In this document: piece by piece, positions 37,462 to 48,548 of the stretch
Layout: the number at the start of each line of letters is the position of its first letter
Position numbering within the stretch: the stretch's first letter is position 1
Assembly: GCF_006345805.1 (NCBI RefSeq)
Contig: NC_042998.1
Location: 60,760,001-60,824,000 of the forward strand
Length of the DNA stretch: 64,000 nucleotides
Direction of reading: 5' to 3'
Source of the DNA: Octopus sinensis
Taxonomy: Eukaryota
The notes under the pieces: model-generated
Databases searched by the model: none
Told to the model about the DNA's origin: nothing
The model's input: only the letters and a program-made list of their open reading frames with translations
Translations under genes and position numbers: made by a program

Positions 37462-37801
37462 TGAAGGCACATGGCTCAGTGGTTAGAGCATCAAGCTTAT
37501 GATCGTGAGGTTGTGAGTTTGAATCCCGGACTGGGCTGCTTGTTGCATTCTTGAGCAAGACACTTTATTTCATGTTGCTCCAGTTCACTCAGCTGTAGAA
37601 ATGAGTTGTGATGTCACAGGTGCCAAGCTGTATCGGCCTTTGCCTTTTCCTTCGATAACACTGGTGGCATGGAGAGGAGAGGCCAGTATGCATGGGCGAC
37701 TACTAGTCTTCTATAAAAAACCTTGCCCGGACTTGTGCCTCGGAGGATAACTTTCTAGGTGCAATCTCATGGTCAGTCATGACTGAAGGGGGTCTCAGCA
37801 C
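37462..37801 (+). mobile_element. CORE-like tRNA SINE nested in the PLE ORF
   Basis: A/B boxes and CTTGAGCAAGACACTT; imperfect TSD GTTGCTAATAG (37451-61) / GTTACTTAATAG (37802-13). Confidence 0.75.
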
Positions 37802-39349
37802 GTTACTTAATAGATTGTTACTTAGCTTGAGCATTTTTTTCATGATGGATATCATGATCACTACTCATATTCTTTGCTCGATGTTTTAGGCACTGAGCAA
37901 TCCCTCTCGTTATGCTGTATGGATGGTGAGAATTGAAGTTGAAGTATTGTCCAGTGAAGGTTGGCTTGCGGTATATGGATGTCCTGAATCCATACTTGGT
38001 GCATGTTATTAATATGTCCAGGAATGTTAGCTGATTGTCTTTTTCTTTTTCTATTGTGAACTGTATGGATGGCTTTATTGAGTTCACATGATCTAACAAC
38101 ACTTGGACATCTTCCTGGTGGGGCCAGAGTATAAAGGTTCATTAACATATCACAGCCATAGGGTTGGTTTTAGTGGTGTTGATCATAAAGCCAAATTCTC
38201 AAAGTATTCCATGTATATATTGGCTATTATCAGTGATAATGGTGAACCCATAGCTAAACCCTCTTGTTGATATATATCAGTGTCCATACTGAAGTAGGTA
38301 GTTTCTACACAGAAGGTCAACATTTCCATCAGGTTTTTTATTGGTATACTAGTGCGTTCTTTTAGATGGGTGTCTTTCACTAGTTTGTCTTGAATCACCA
38401 GTTGGGACTTTGGTGAACAGGCTTATCACATCTAGACTCACCATCTTGTTGGATTCAATGGGGGTATCCTTGATCAATTCTGTGAAGTGAGTGGAATTCT
38501 TCACGTACGATGTTGACTTTCCTGCTAATGGACTGATTATATCTACAAAGAAGTGGCTCAGTGGATGACATGCTGAACCTCTACAGCTCACTATAGGTCT
38601 TAATGGAATAGCATCCTTGTGAATCTTAGACCATACATGTGCAGTAGTTTACTGTAGTGTTGAGTCAGTTGTCTGTACTTCATTGGTGTAAAGTGATCTT
38701 TGTTCTTGATCAAGATCTGTGACAACTTTCTCTCTGTTTTCAGAGTTGGGTCTTTCTTTCCTCTGCTGCAGCTACCATCACTTATAAGACTTGCCAATTT
38801 TTTCAGAGTAGTCAGACTTGTTCATCACCACTGTAGCATTTCCCTTGTCTGCTTGAAGTATTATGATGGAATTGTCACTGTGTAGTCTTTTGATAGCGAA
38901 CTTTTCTTCCTTAGTGATGTTTGGTTTGGGAAGTTTCACTTTTTCTAGTACCTGTCTCACTTTCCACCTTAGTTCATCTCCTTGAGATTTTGGTATCTTT
39001 ATAGTTATCTCTTCAATAAGGGCTATTATGTCCAAGTATGGAATGTGCTTGATGGTTGTTGCAAAGTTGAGACTTTTGTTTAGTACTGCTTCTTCAGAAC
39101 TTTCTAGATGTCGGCTACTTAGATTAATTACTGCTTCCACAGGTGGGTAATGAACTTCAGTTTTCATTCTCTGACTTTTGAGTTTCATAAACTTCTTAAT
39201 CTGGCATGTCTTCACCATTTCAAATTCTTTCATGTATGACTTTTCTAGATCTTGTTTGATTCTCTTTTTATCATCATCTCTGGTTATTTTCCTAAGTAAT
39301 GAAGATAACCTCTCTTTGATATAGTATTGTATTATCTAATCGGTACAGA

Positions 39350-39480
39350 GCCAACATTAGAATTCAGTGGAGACCTAGAGAAACTCCATCAAAAAGTAGC
39401 TTGTCTTTCAAACCATCTCACTTTCCTGTATAGATGTAGAGACTCAAAGCTAATACAATCTGGCTTGAAAATAATGTTAG
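39350..39480 (+). mobile_element. Inverted 5' fragment of the PLE ORF
   Basis: Plus strand encodes DLEKLHQKVACLSNHLTFLYRCRDSKLIQSGLKI, resembling the PLE N-terminal motif (NHLxFLxRCxxxxLIPxGL), opposite in strand to the main ORF. Confidence 0.7.
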
Positions 39481-39577
39481 AAAGAATAAGTCCTGGGGTT
39501 GATTTGTTTGACTAAAGGCAGTGCTCCAGCATGGCCACAGTCAAATGGCTGAAACAAGTGAAAGAAAGAATAAAGAA
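39481..39577 (+). mobile_element. SINE family A, 3' part
   Basis: AAAGAATAAGTCCTGGGGTTGATTTG...GAAACAAGTGAAAG continues the copy interrupted at 36623. Confidence 0.85.
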
Positions 39578-40771
39578 TTGGAAATCAAGTCAGCCTAGTA
39601 TTCTTTTTATTGGTCCATTCTAGTATAAAAAATACCTTCAGTAAGATTTGGTCTCAAAACACAAAGGAATTTTATGCAAAATCAAGTCAACATGCTGAGA
39701 TTGTATGATGTTCTGAATTTTTTCACTGAAAAGTATAGAATAGTGATTTCCTGCATTAGTACAACAGTTAGTCAAATTGTTACACTACTAGTTGAGCACC
39801 AGGGTCAAAGTAATCAACTTACCCTTCCCTCAAAATTGCTGGCCTTGTGCCAAAATTAGGAAGTCATGAATGGATGGAAGTAAAGAAATTAGTGACATTC
39901 CTATCTTTCTCGAAAGGATTTTAACAATGTCAATAAAGAAAAAAAGCGAGATTTGGAAATGATGAATTGCAGTTACACCAACCAACACTAAATTGTGTTA
40001 ATACTGACATTAAAATTCAACATCTGGATTTTAAGTGACTTTATTATCTATTGTTATCTGTGCTAAAGAAATAATGTCAAACTGTTATTCTATGAATATC
40101 CCAATTTATATGCTATCTAAATATTATTAGTCAGAAATAATACTCTTACAGTTTATGGATGTGTTTTCTCCAGAATCTTGTATCTAAAGTAGCATACATA
40201 AATATTGATTGACACAAAGCTGTGGATTTGTAAGAGAGATGTGTTTGCTTATGCTTTTTTTCTCCATGCTAGCATGGGTTAGATGAGTGTGTATTGAGGT
40301 ATTGCTGCAATGTTTTACAGCCAATGCCCTTCCAGTCTAGTCCCTCTTAATTATATTTCAGGAAAATGGATTTTTTTTTAATGCCAGTTACCTTTGAAAG
40401 GGGATGTCAACAAATATCACCATTTTTTTGTTCAATGTGTTTTCTGTGAGGACATGGAATACACATCACACACACATACACATATATATTAGGCTTCTAA
40501 ACTGTTTCCATCTGCCTATTCTACACTCAAGACATTAGTCAGCCTGAGGTTACTGTAGAAGACATTTGCCTAGCGTCCCATGTTGTGAGATAAAGATTGG
40601 CGACCATATTGTAAGAAATCCAATGCCATACCTAGGATTTATTTTATTAACCAAGGTGAGAAAAAAGGCAAAAATCTCCACCAGCTTTATTCAAACTTCA
40701 ACTGTAAAGTATTTGATGTGGTACGCGTTTTCACTATTCCACTGCCCTACCATCATATATATATATATATA

Positions 40772-42019
40772 TCAGGTCATCCCATAAGTTCTGTCTGAAT
40801 TTTGAATAAAGAAAACAAGTGATCAAATGTTATAGTTAATTGAAATTTAGTCATCAATGTACTTTCCCTGATTATCTGTGACTTCCTTCCATCTATTTAC
40901 AAGCTTTTTAATCCCATCAATGTAAAACTCTTTTGTTTTCAAAGCAAAGAACTCTGAAATGTCAGTTTTGACCTCCTCCTGGCTTGTGAAAGTTATGTCC
41001 CCCAAATGATTCTGTAAACTATGAAACAAATGGTAGTCTGAAGGGGCAAGGTCGGGAGAATAAGGTGGATGAGAAATTTTTTCCCAATCAAGTTCTTCGA
41101 TCTTCTGTGATGTGATCTTTGCAGTGTGGGGTCGTGCATTGTCCTGATGAAAAATCACTCCTTTTGGATTCACTAAAGCGAGTCTTTTTTTCTCCAAAGC
41201 TTGGTTCAAACGCTCTAATTGCTGACAGTAGACTTGAGCATTGATTATTGCATTAGGTGGCAACAGTTTAAAGTGAATTACTCCTTTGCAATCCCACCAG
41301 ATAGAGAGAAGAACTTTTTCTCCATGAAGTTCCCTTCTTGGTTGTGGTTGAGCTTTTTCCATTTTACCAAACCACTGTTTATGATGTTTAACATTTTGAT
41401 AGAAGATCTATTTTTCGTCATCAGTCATAAGTCTATCCAAAAAGGGTGAAATGAGTTCGTGAGAATGGAGAGAAGAGCAGATGTCAACTCAGGATTTGCG
41501 GTTGCTTTTGGACAATTCATGAGGCACCCATTTTCCAAGTTTAGGAACCTGTCCAAGTCGTTTATTGCCAATTCTTCAACTGATAATGCAGGATTTTCTT
41601 CAAGTAATGCCTCAAGGAGCTTATCCTCAAACTCAACTGGACATCCTGTTTGATCTTCATCTTCAAGGTTGAAATCTCCACTTCTGAATTTTGCAAACCA
41701 TCTTCTGCAAGTTCTTTCATTCAAGCATTCTTTCCCATAAACTGAGTGTATGTTTCAAATTGCTTTGACTGCAGAATTTCTTATTTTGTACTCATAAAGC
41801 ATTATGTGCCTCAAATGCTCTTTGGATACTTCCATGTTAGAAAGGGTTTTAATCAAAGAAATTTTAATTCTATTATTCTATAAAATAATATTTAATTAGT
41901 TTAAATGTACACAAATGCATAAAAATAATTTTTAATTCCATTAGACATTCTAAAATACTATTAAATTTCATTCAATTCTAAAAAAGGTAAAACTGGACAG
42001 AACTTATGGGATGACCTGA
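40772..42019 (-). mobile_element. mariner (DD34D) DNA transposon, 1248 bp, complete ends, inactive
   Basis: Perfect 24-bp TIRs TCAGGTCATCCCATAAGTTCTGTC (40772-95 and 41996-42019), with TA on both flanks. Confidence 0.95.
40847..41835 (-). pseudogene. mariner transposase pseudogene
   Basis: MEVSKEHLRHIMLYE start, WVPHEL, FHQDNARPH and YSPDLAPSDYHLF motifs; in-frame stops and frameshifts. Confidence 0.9.
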
Positions 42020-43629
42020 TATATACGTATATATAATCTAGATATTTGCAGTGGTTAGTTCAATTCCTGCATTGAGCTTGGAAAATCCACTCCATTATTC
42101 AGCCTTTCAGATCAATATTCCTCGATTCTCTCTCTCTCTCGCTCTCTCTCTGTTAATTGTCATTGGAACCATACAGGCTGCATATGACAGCTAGTTGAAT
42201 TAAGAACAAAATAGTGTTTTCCTCTGTTGTCTGTTGGTCATGTGATATGCCCCTTGTCATTTCATGTTGTCATCTGACTGAATGTCATCTCAGTAAATTT
42301 ATCTGATAACACCATTTGGTCTCTCTCTCTCCCTCCCCCTCTCTCCATTTCTCTCTTTTTTTTCCTTCCTGTTTTTCAGTTTTTGAACACCCACACAATG
42401 CATAAATACAATTTTATAATATATAATATTGATTTCCTTCTTAAAACCAGCTTTTGTACCAGGAAGATGTAATCAACTCCTGTGTATTACTGGTACTTGT
42501 TTTATCCCCTCAACTGCAATTATCTTTTGAGTTTTACTTTCATTTTCTTTTATGATTAAATTGCTGCTTACAACTTAGTATATTCATATAGGCATGGTTG
42601 TGTAAAATTTGTTTTCCAGTCGTCTGTTTTAGGGCTCAGTCCCACTGCAGAACACTTTGGGCAAGTGTCTTTTACTATAGCTCTGGGCTATAGTAATAGT
42701 AAGTGGATTTGGTAGATGGAAACTAAAAGAATCCCTGTGTGAGTGTGTGTTTGGAGGGAAGTTGTGGAAGAGGGAGTCCCAGGAAGAGTGGAACAAAGTA
42801 TTGAAGGCTCATCTCAAAATGCTGAGCCTTACAAAGCCGATGACAGAGGACTGAGATATGTGTTACATTGTTGTAATCAAGAAGACCTGCCCACCACAGC
42901 AGAATTGATATCCGAAAACCAAGGTGCTACATAAAAAGCATTGATGTGGGTGCTGCTGCCATGTAAAACGTGGTTGGCGATAGGAAGGGCATCCAGCTGT
43001 AGAAATCAAGTGAAAACAAACTATGGAATGTAGTGTGGGCCCTGTCTTTGCCAGTTCCTGTCAAGCCATCCAACCCATACCAGCATGGAAAATGGACTTT
43101 AAATATTGATGACAATGATGATTATGTGTGTTATTCTCTTGACAACTCTAATAGTGTCATCATCATACAAGTTGTGTTATTCCTTTCCAATTTTCCATGG
43201 AAGCATGTCTGGCTACATGGAAATATTATACTGCTTGGAAGTAGATGAGAGTTGATGACAGTAAAGACAACTGGCTGTAGAAAATCTGCCTCATTGAATT
43301 TCATGTAGGCATAGAAAAGTGGCTGTTAAGACAGTAATAATACGTACGTGCACACATGCACACACACATGTATGTATGCATATATATATATATATATAAT
43401 CATGATCATTGTTTTAACTTCCAATTTTCCTTTCTTGCAAGAGTCAGATGGTATTCATTGAGACAGATTTTCTACAGCCAGATGTCCTTGTCACTAACTC
43501 TCATTTCCCCTTAGCCAGATGTCTTTTCACAAAAGGCCAGAAATGAATGACATCACTTGTAGGGCAGTAACACTCACAACTATTGTGTGATGTGAAGAGA
43601 AAGTGGCACACACTCACACACACACACAA

Positions 43630-43690
<61 letters not shown>

Positions 43691-44271
43691 AAAAAAAGAG
43701 ATATGCTGAGCTCCTTTCAGTTTCTGTTCACCAAATCCACTCACAATGCTTTTGTTGGCTTGGGCTTTTAGTCAGAGACACTTGCCCAAGGTACCACTCA
43801 ATGGGATTGAACCCAGAACCATGTTTTGGAAGTGAAATTCTTAACTACTCAGTGATACAGCTTTGTGTGTATACATCAATCATTATCTAAAACAATGGTC
43901 CTTATATTGTCTTGCATGAAACTGGTCTGCGGTGCACCACAGACAATTTTTCTAGGGGAAAAAATGCAGAGTGTGATAGTCAATAAAGCAGAAATAAGAT
44001 TTTAAATTTTCTGTGTGGCCTAGTACCAAATGGTCCTTAGCCCAATGGTTGAGGACTATGATCTAAAATAAATCTGGTGGCATAAGTTGGCAATAAGGGT
44101 ACAAGGAAAATTAACATATTGCAATGCATATACATGATTTACGCAAGAAAATGGGTTATAATCAGCAAGCAAAATATTCTTATGCAGCATTAATTTATTT
44201 TATCCAATCTACATCTCAAGCTGTTTTATTCCTGATATGTGTGTATATAAACAATCTGATAAAAAAAAAAA

Positions 44272-45530
44272 GCACACCCAGTGTAAGCTATGGACACAGG
44301 AGAGGTGCAGCAATATCAAAGGAAGGCTAACTGGGAAGATAGTTTTAGTATGTGGCAAATGCTTTGGAGCAATAAACACTGAAAATCTGCAGAAAACAAC
44401 TCCCGTCACTTTCCCGGGAGAAAAACTACAAGTAGTTGATAGCTTCCGTTACCTAGGTGACCAAGTCAGGTGGGTGCTCTGAAAGTGTAGCTGTTAGAAT
44501 AAGAATAGCCTGGGCAAAGTTCAGAGAGCTCCTACCTCTGCCAGTGGCAAAGGGCCTCTCACTCAGAGTAAAAGGTAGGCTGTACGATGCATGTGTGCAA
44601 ACAGCCATGCTACACGGCAGTGAAACATTGGCTGTGACTGCTGAGGATATGCATGAGCTTGCAAAGAATGAAGCCAGTATGCTCTGCTGGATGTGTAATG
44701 TCAGTGTGCATACATGACAGTGTAAGCACCTGAGAGAAAAGTTGGACTTAAGAAGCATCAGATGTGGTGTGCAAGAGAGACGACTGCACTGGAATGGTCA
44801 TGTGTTGCGAATGGATGAGGACAGCTGTGTGAAAATGTGTCACACCCTAGCAGTTGAGGGAACCTGTGGAAGAGGTAGACTCAGGAAGACTTGGGATGAG
44901 GTGGTGAAGCACGACCTTCGAACATTGGGCCTCAGCGAGGCAATGGCTAGTGACTGAGACCTTTGGAGATCCAACAAACCAAGTGAGACCATAACCCGTG
45001 GCCTATGCCAGTGGTGTATAACCAGCCCACTTATGAGTACCCTTCATTCATTGGACAATAAACTTTGCTTGTGATGACCTGTTCAGGCAAATGAAATCAA
45101 AATCACTGACATGGCTGATGACAGTACCGCCTGATTGGCACTCGTGCTAGTGGAACGTTAAAAGTACCATTCGAGCGTGATCATTGCCAGCGTTACCTTA
45201 CTGGCACTTGTACCGGTGGTATGTGAAAAACAATATTCGAGCGTGATTGTTGCCATTGCCGCTGGACTGGCTCCCATACAGGTGACACATAAAAAACACC
45301 TTGAGCATGGTCGTTGCCAGTACCACCTAACTGGCCCACATGCCAGTGGCATGTAAAAGCACCCACTACACTCTTGGAGTGGTTGGCATTAGAAAGGGCA
45401 TTCAGCTCTAGAAACTTTGCCAGATGAGATTGGAGCCTGGTGCAGCCTTTTGGCTCACCAGTCTTCAGTCAAACCATCCAACCAATGCCAGCATGGAAAG
45501 TGGACGTTAAATGGCAATGATGATGATGAT
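44272..45530 (+). mobile_element. 5'-truncated RTE-clade LINE with 3' UTR stem-loop repeats and (GAT)n tail
   Basis: Peptides DSFRYLGDQV, RIRIAWAKFRELLPL, KGRLYDACVQTAMLHGSET, RRLHWNGHVLRM, GRGRLRKTWDEVVK are typical of the RTE ORF C-terminus. Confidence 0.85.
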
Positions 45531-46336
45531 ATATATATATATATGACCCAACTTAATTCAAATAATAGACATTCAGTTTTCCAAATGTGTTATCTCTAAT
45601 TCAGATTGTGCTATAATTTTGGGATGTCTATACATGGTCACTTGATCTTCTAGAAATAACAGTTAAACCTTTTGTAGATTATACCCTAGCATCTTTCAGA
45701 AGGTTACAATGGATAATATAGTACTAGATATACTATGCCTAGAGTAATGATGGGATAGTAAGAGCTAAAGTGCTTTTGATTATAGGTCTGCATAATCTAG
45801 ACTAACCCGAGGCTAAACAACAATAGGAAAGCTAAATTTAAAGTAGGGTTTAAAATGTATATTCAATACTGCCATGTAGACTAGTTCTGCATTGACATTT
45901 TCATCTGGATTGCTCATTTATTTATTTTTTCTTCATTTTTTTCTCCCTTCTTTTTCCCACTGTATTTTGAAGGACATTTTCTAAAATATCACAACAGTGA
46001 ACTCATTCTCTGAGTGTCAAGCTAAATATTTGATCATATCTCTGCCTGTTCATCAGTGGATAAGCAGAAAGTGAAATATGGAAAGCTGCATTTGTAAAAT
46101 AATGTAAATATTTGAAAAACTATTCAGATATAATGGAATTATATGGAAACAAAACTAAAATTTTTGTATTACTAATCATTTATCTTATTTCTTCATGCAT
46201 TTTGTTTTCATTTTATTTATTGGTTTTTCAGTTCAGTATTTGTGTGGTTGTGCTATTTGATAGAACTATGTCCAAAATCACTTTGACTGTCTTTAAGGTT
46301 TGCACTAAAAAAATATCTTTTGTATCATTATTTCAG

Positions 46337-46412
46337 GAGAATTCTAATCATGCAAAGAATGGTGCACATATAAAAGCCTTAAAGAAAGCATCAGAATTGC
46401 AGAAAAAGATTG
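46337..46412 (+). CDS. Predicted internal exon of unidentified host gene (ENSNHAKNGAHIKALKKASELQKKI), phase 0 to 1
   Basis: Acceptor TTATTTCAG, donor GTATGT; only one open frame; not repeat-like. Confidence 0.6.
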
Positions 46413-47325
46413 GTATGTAGTCAGTTATATCACGAATAATTATGACCTTTTCCTTTTGACTGTTCCATGATGAAATTTAATTGGTTCATTTATTTGTTAT
46501 GTATATTTGAATGCTCCATTTGGAAATAGAAATATGTCAATCATTATTACTAATTTAATTTCTACTTTCCAATGGAGGTCCAAATCTTGTGTGTCTTTCC
46601 TTCTAGTTTTTACTTGTTTAGTCATTAGACTGTGGCCGTGCTGGGGCTCTACTTTGAAGAATTTTTAGTTGAATGAATCAAACCTAGTACTTTGTTAAAC
46701 CTGATATTGATTCTATGAATCTCTTTCTCTGAACTGCTAATTTACAGGAATGTAAACAAACTGGTGTGGCTGTGTGGTAAGAAGCTTGCTTCCCAACCAC
46801 ATGGTTCCAGGTTCAATCCCACTTGTGCATTACCTTGGGCAAATGGCTTCTATAGCCTTGGGCCAACGAAAGTCTTGTAAGTGGATTTGATAGATGGAAA
46901 CTTTGGCATGGGTGTGTGTTAAGAAATTTGATTCATAACTTTGTTGCAGGTTCAATTTCACTCATAGGATTGAACATTGGGCAAATGTCTTCTGCTGTAA
47001 TCTTAGGTTGACAAATGCTTTGTGAGTGAAATTTGCTAGATAGAAACCTGTGATAGTCCAGTGTGTGTGTATAAATATGTATGTATGTATGCATATATGT
47101 ACACACACCTCTCACCATCTCACTTTCACATCACAAGGCATTTATATAGGGGATTGTATCTCTGTCACTTACACAAAGTAGGTTGTCATACCCCCAACCC
47201 TACATTGTCACCTCTCAGTTGCCAATCATTTTGCAGAGTGTATTGTTTGCATTTTGCCATGGCATCAGCACTTGTGAGCTTGAATTTTACATGACAAGAC
47301 TACTATGTTTTCTCTGTTCATTCAG

Positions 47326-47379
47326 AGCAATGTGTCCCAAGAGGTGAAAACAAAAGAGCAATGACAGAAGACAAACTAG
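47326..47379 (+). CDS. Predicted exon (E-QCVPRGENKRAMTEDKL), phase 1 to 1
   Basis: Pyrimidine-rich acceptor TTCTCTGTTCATTCAG, donor AG/GTTGTAAGT; in frame with flanking exons. Confidence 0.55.
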
Positions 47380-48395
47380 GTTGTAAGTAGTGAGTGAGAG
47401 TATGGTGGATGGAAATGATTCAGGTGACCATATAGTAGAGGAGAAAATAATGGAAGAGGCAGTAACAGTAGGGAGAAATGGGAGAGAAGTAGTGATGATA
47501 GCTACATGTTTGTTGGTGAGGGGCAGAGAGGGAGTGATGGATAGTTATTGAGATGGATAATTGTAAGAGAGAGTGGTGGATAAGTGTTAATAGTAACGCG
47601 AGGGAGAGGTCACAGTACTGAACTGTGATGGTAGGCTGTTTTTGATACCAATATATCTGATGAAATCCTTCATAATACATGCATTATGAGGGAGAGAGAT
47701 GTAGTAATATGGATGATGTAAAATTGAATATGGACAGATCAATGCTACCCTTCATTACATGGGTGACAATGTACAGAGAATAGAAGAGAAGGGGAATGAT
47801 AAAGAAGTGGGACTGAGGGAAGCAAATGGAGACTTAACAGGAATTTAATGGGTGAGATATTCAAATATAGATATATTATACATCTCAGCCTCCACTGTTT
47901 TATAATATATTTCACCATATTTGCATGGATAGATGTGTCTTCTCTGGCACCATATGTCACTACTCACCATTTCCCTTTGTCATTTCCTCCAAGATGTTCA
48001 GCTTCTTTATATCAGTTTTCACCACTTAGTCTTGTGTCTCTCATAGGCTCCATCCATATCGAACACTCAACACTTCTTTATACAGTTGATACCTTCCATA
48101 AATATCATCAATGCAGTCTTCTCTTGCACACTACATCAGATTCTTCTTGTATCTAGATTTTCCTTCAGTTCATTTGTGCTTGATCATTCATAAACAATAA
48201 TATTCCTTTCTATTGGCACAAGAGCTAGGTGATTACATCAACCTCAGTGCTCAGCTGGCGCTTATTTTATCAACCCTGAAAAAATGAAGGGCAAGGTTGA
48301 TATTGGCAGAATTTGAACTCAGAACATGAAGTTGGATGAAATGACACAAAGCATTTTGCCTGGCATGCTAATGATTCTGCCACCTCGTCACCTTT

Positions 48396-48548
48396 TCATC
48401 ATCATCATATGTCCTCTTTCCATGCTAGCATGGGTTGGACGATTTGACTGAGGACCGGCGAACCAGATGGCTACACCAGGCTCCAATCTTGATCTGGCAG
48501 AGTTTCTACAGCTGGATGCCCTTCCTAACGCCAACCACTCCGAGAGTA
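48396..48548 (-). mobile_element. RTE 3' tail, well preserved, within a tRNA-SINE region
   Basis: Reverse complement of the 53300-53463 tail. Confidence 0.7.

Larger units (their letters stand above)
36624..39480 (-). mobile_element. Near full-length degenerate Penelope/Poseidon-type PLE
   Basis: Minus-strand RT motifs SLDVISLFTKVP, EGLAMGSPLS, decayed YVNE (YVDD), QLTFLDILI, then GIY-YIG and a 3' region with HHR. 11-bp TSD AAAGAATAAGT at 36613-36623 and 39481-39491. Confidence 0.9.
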
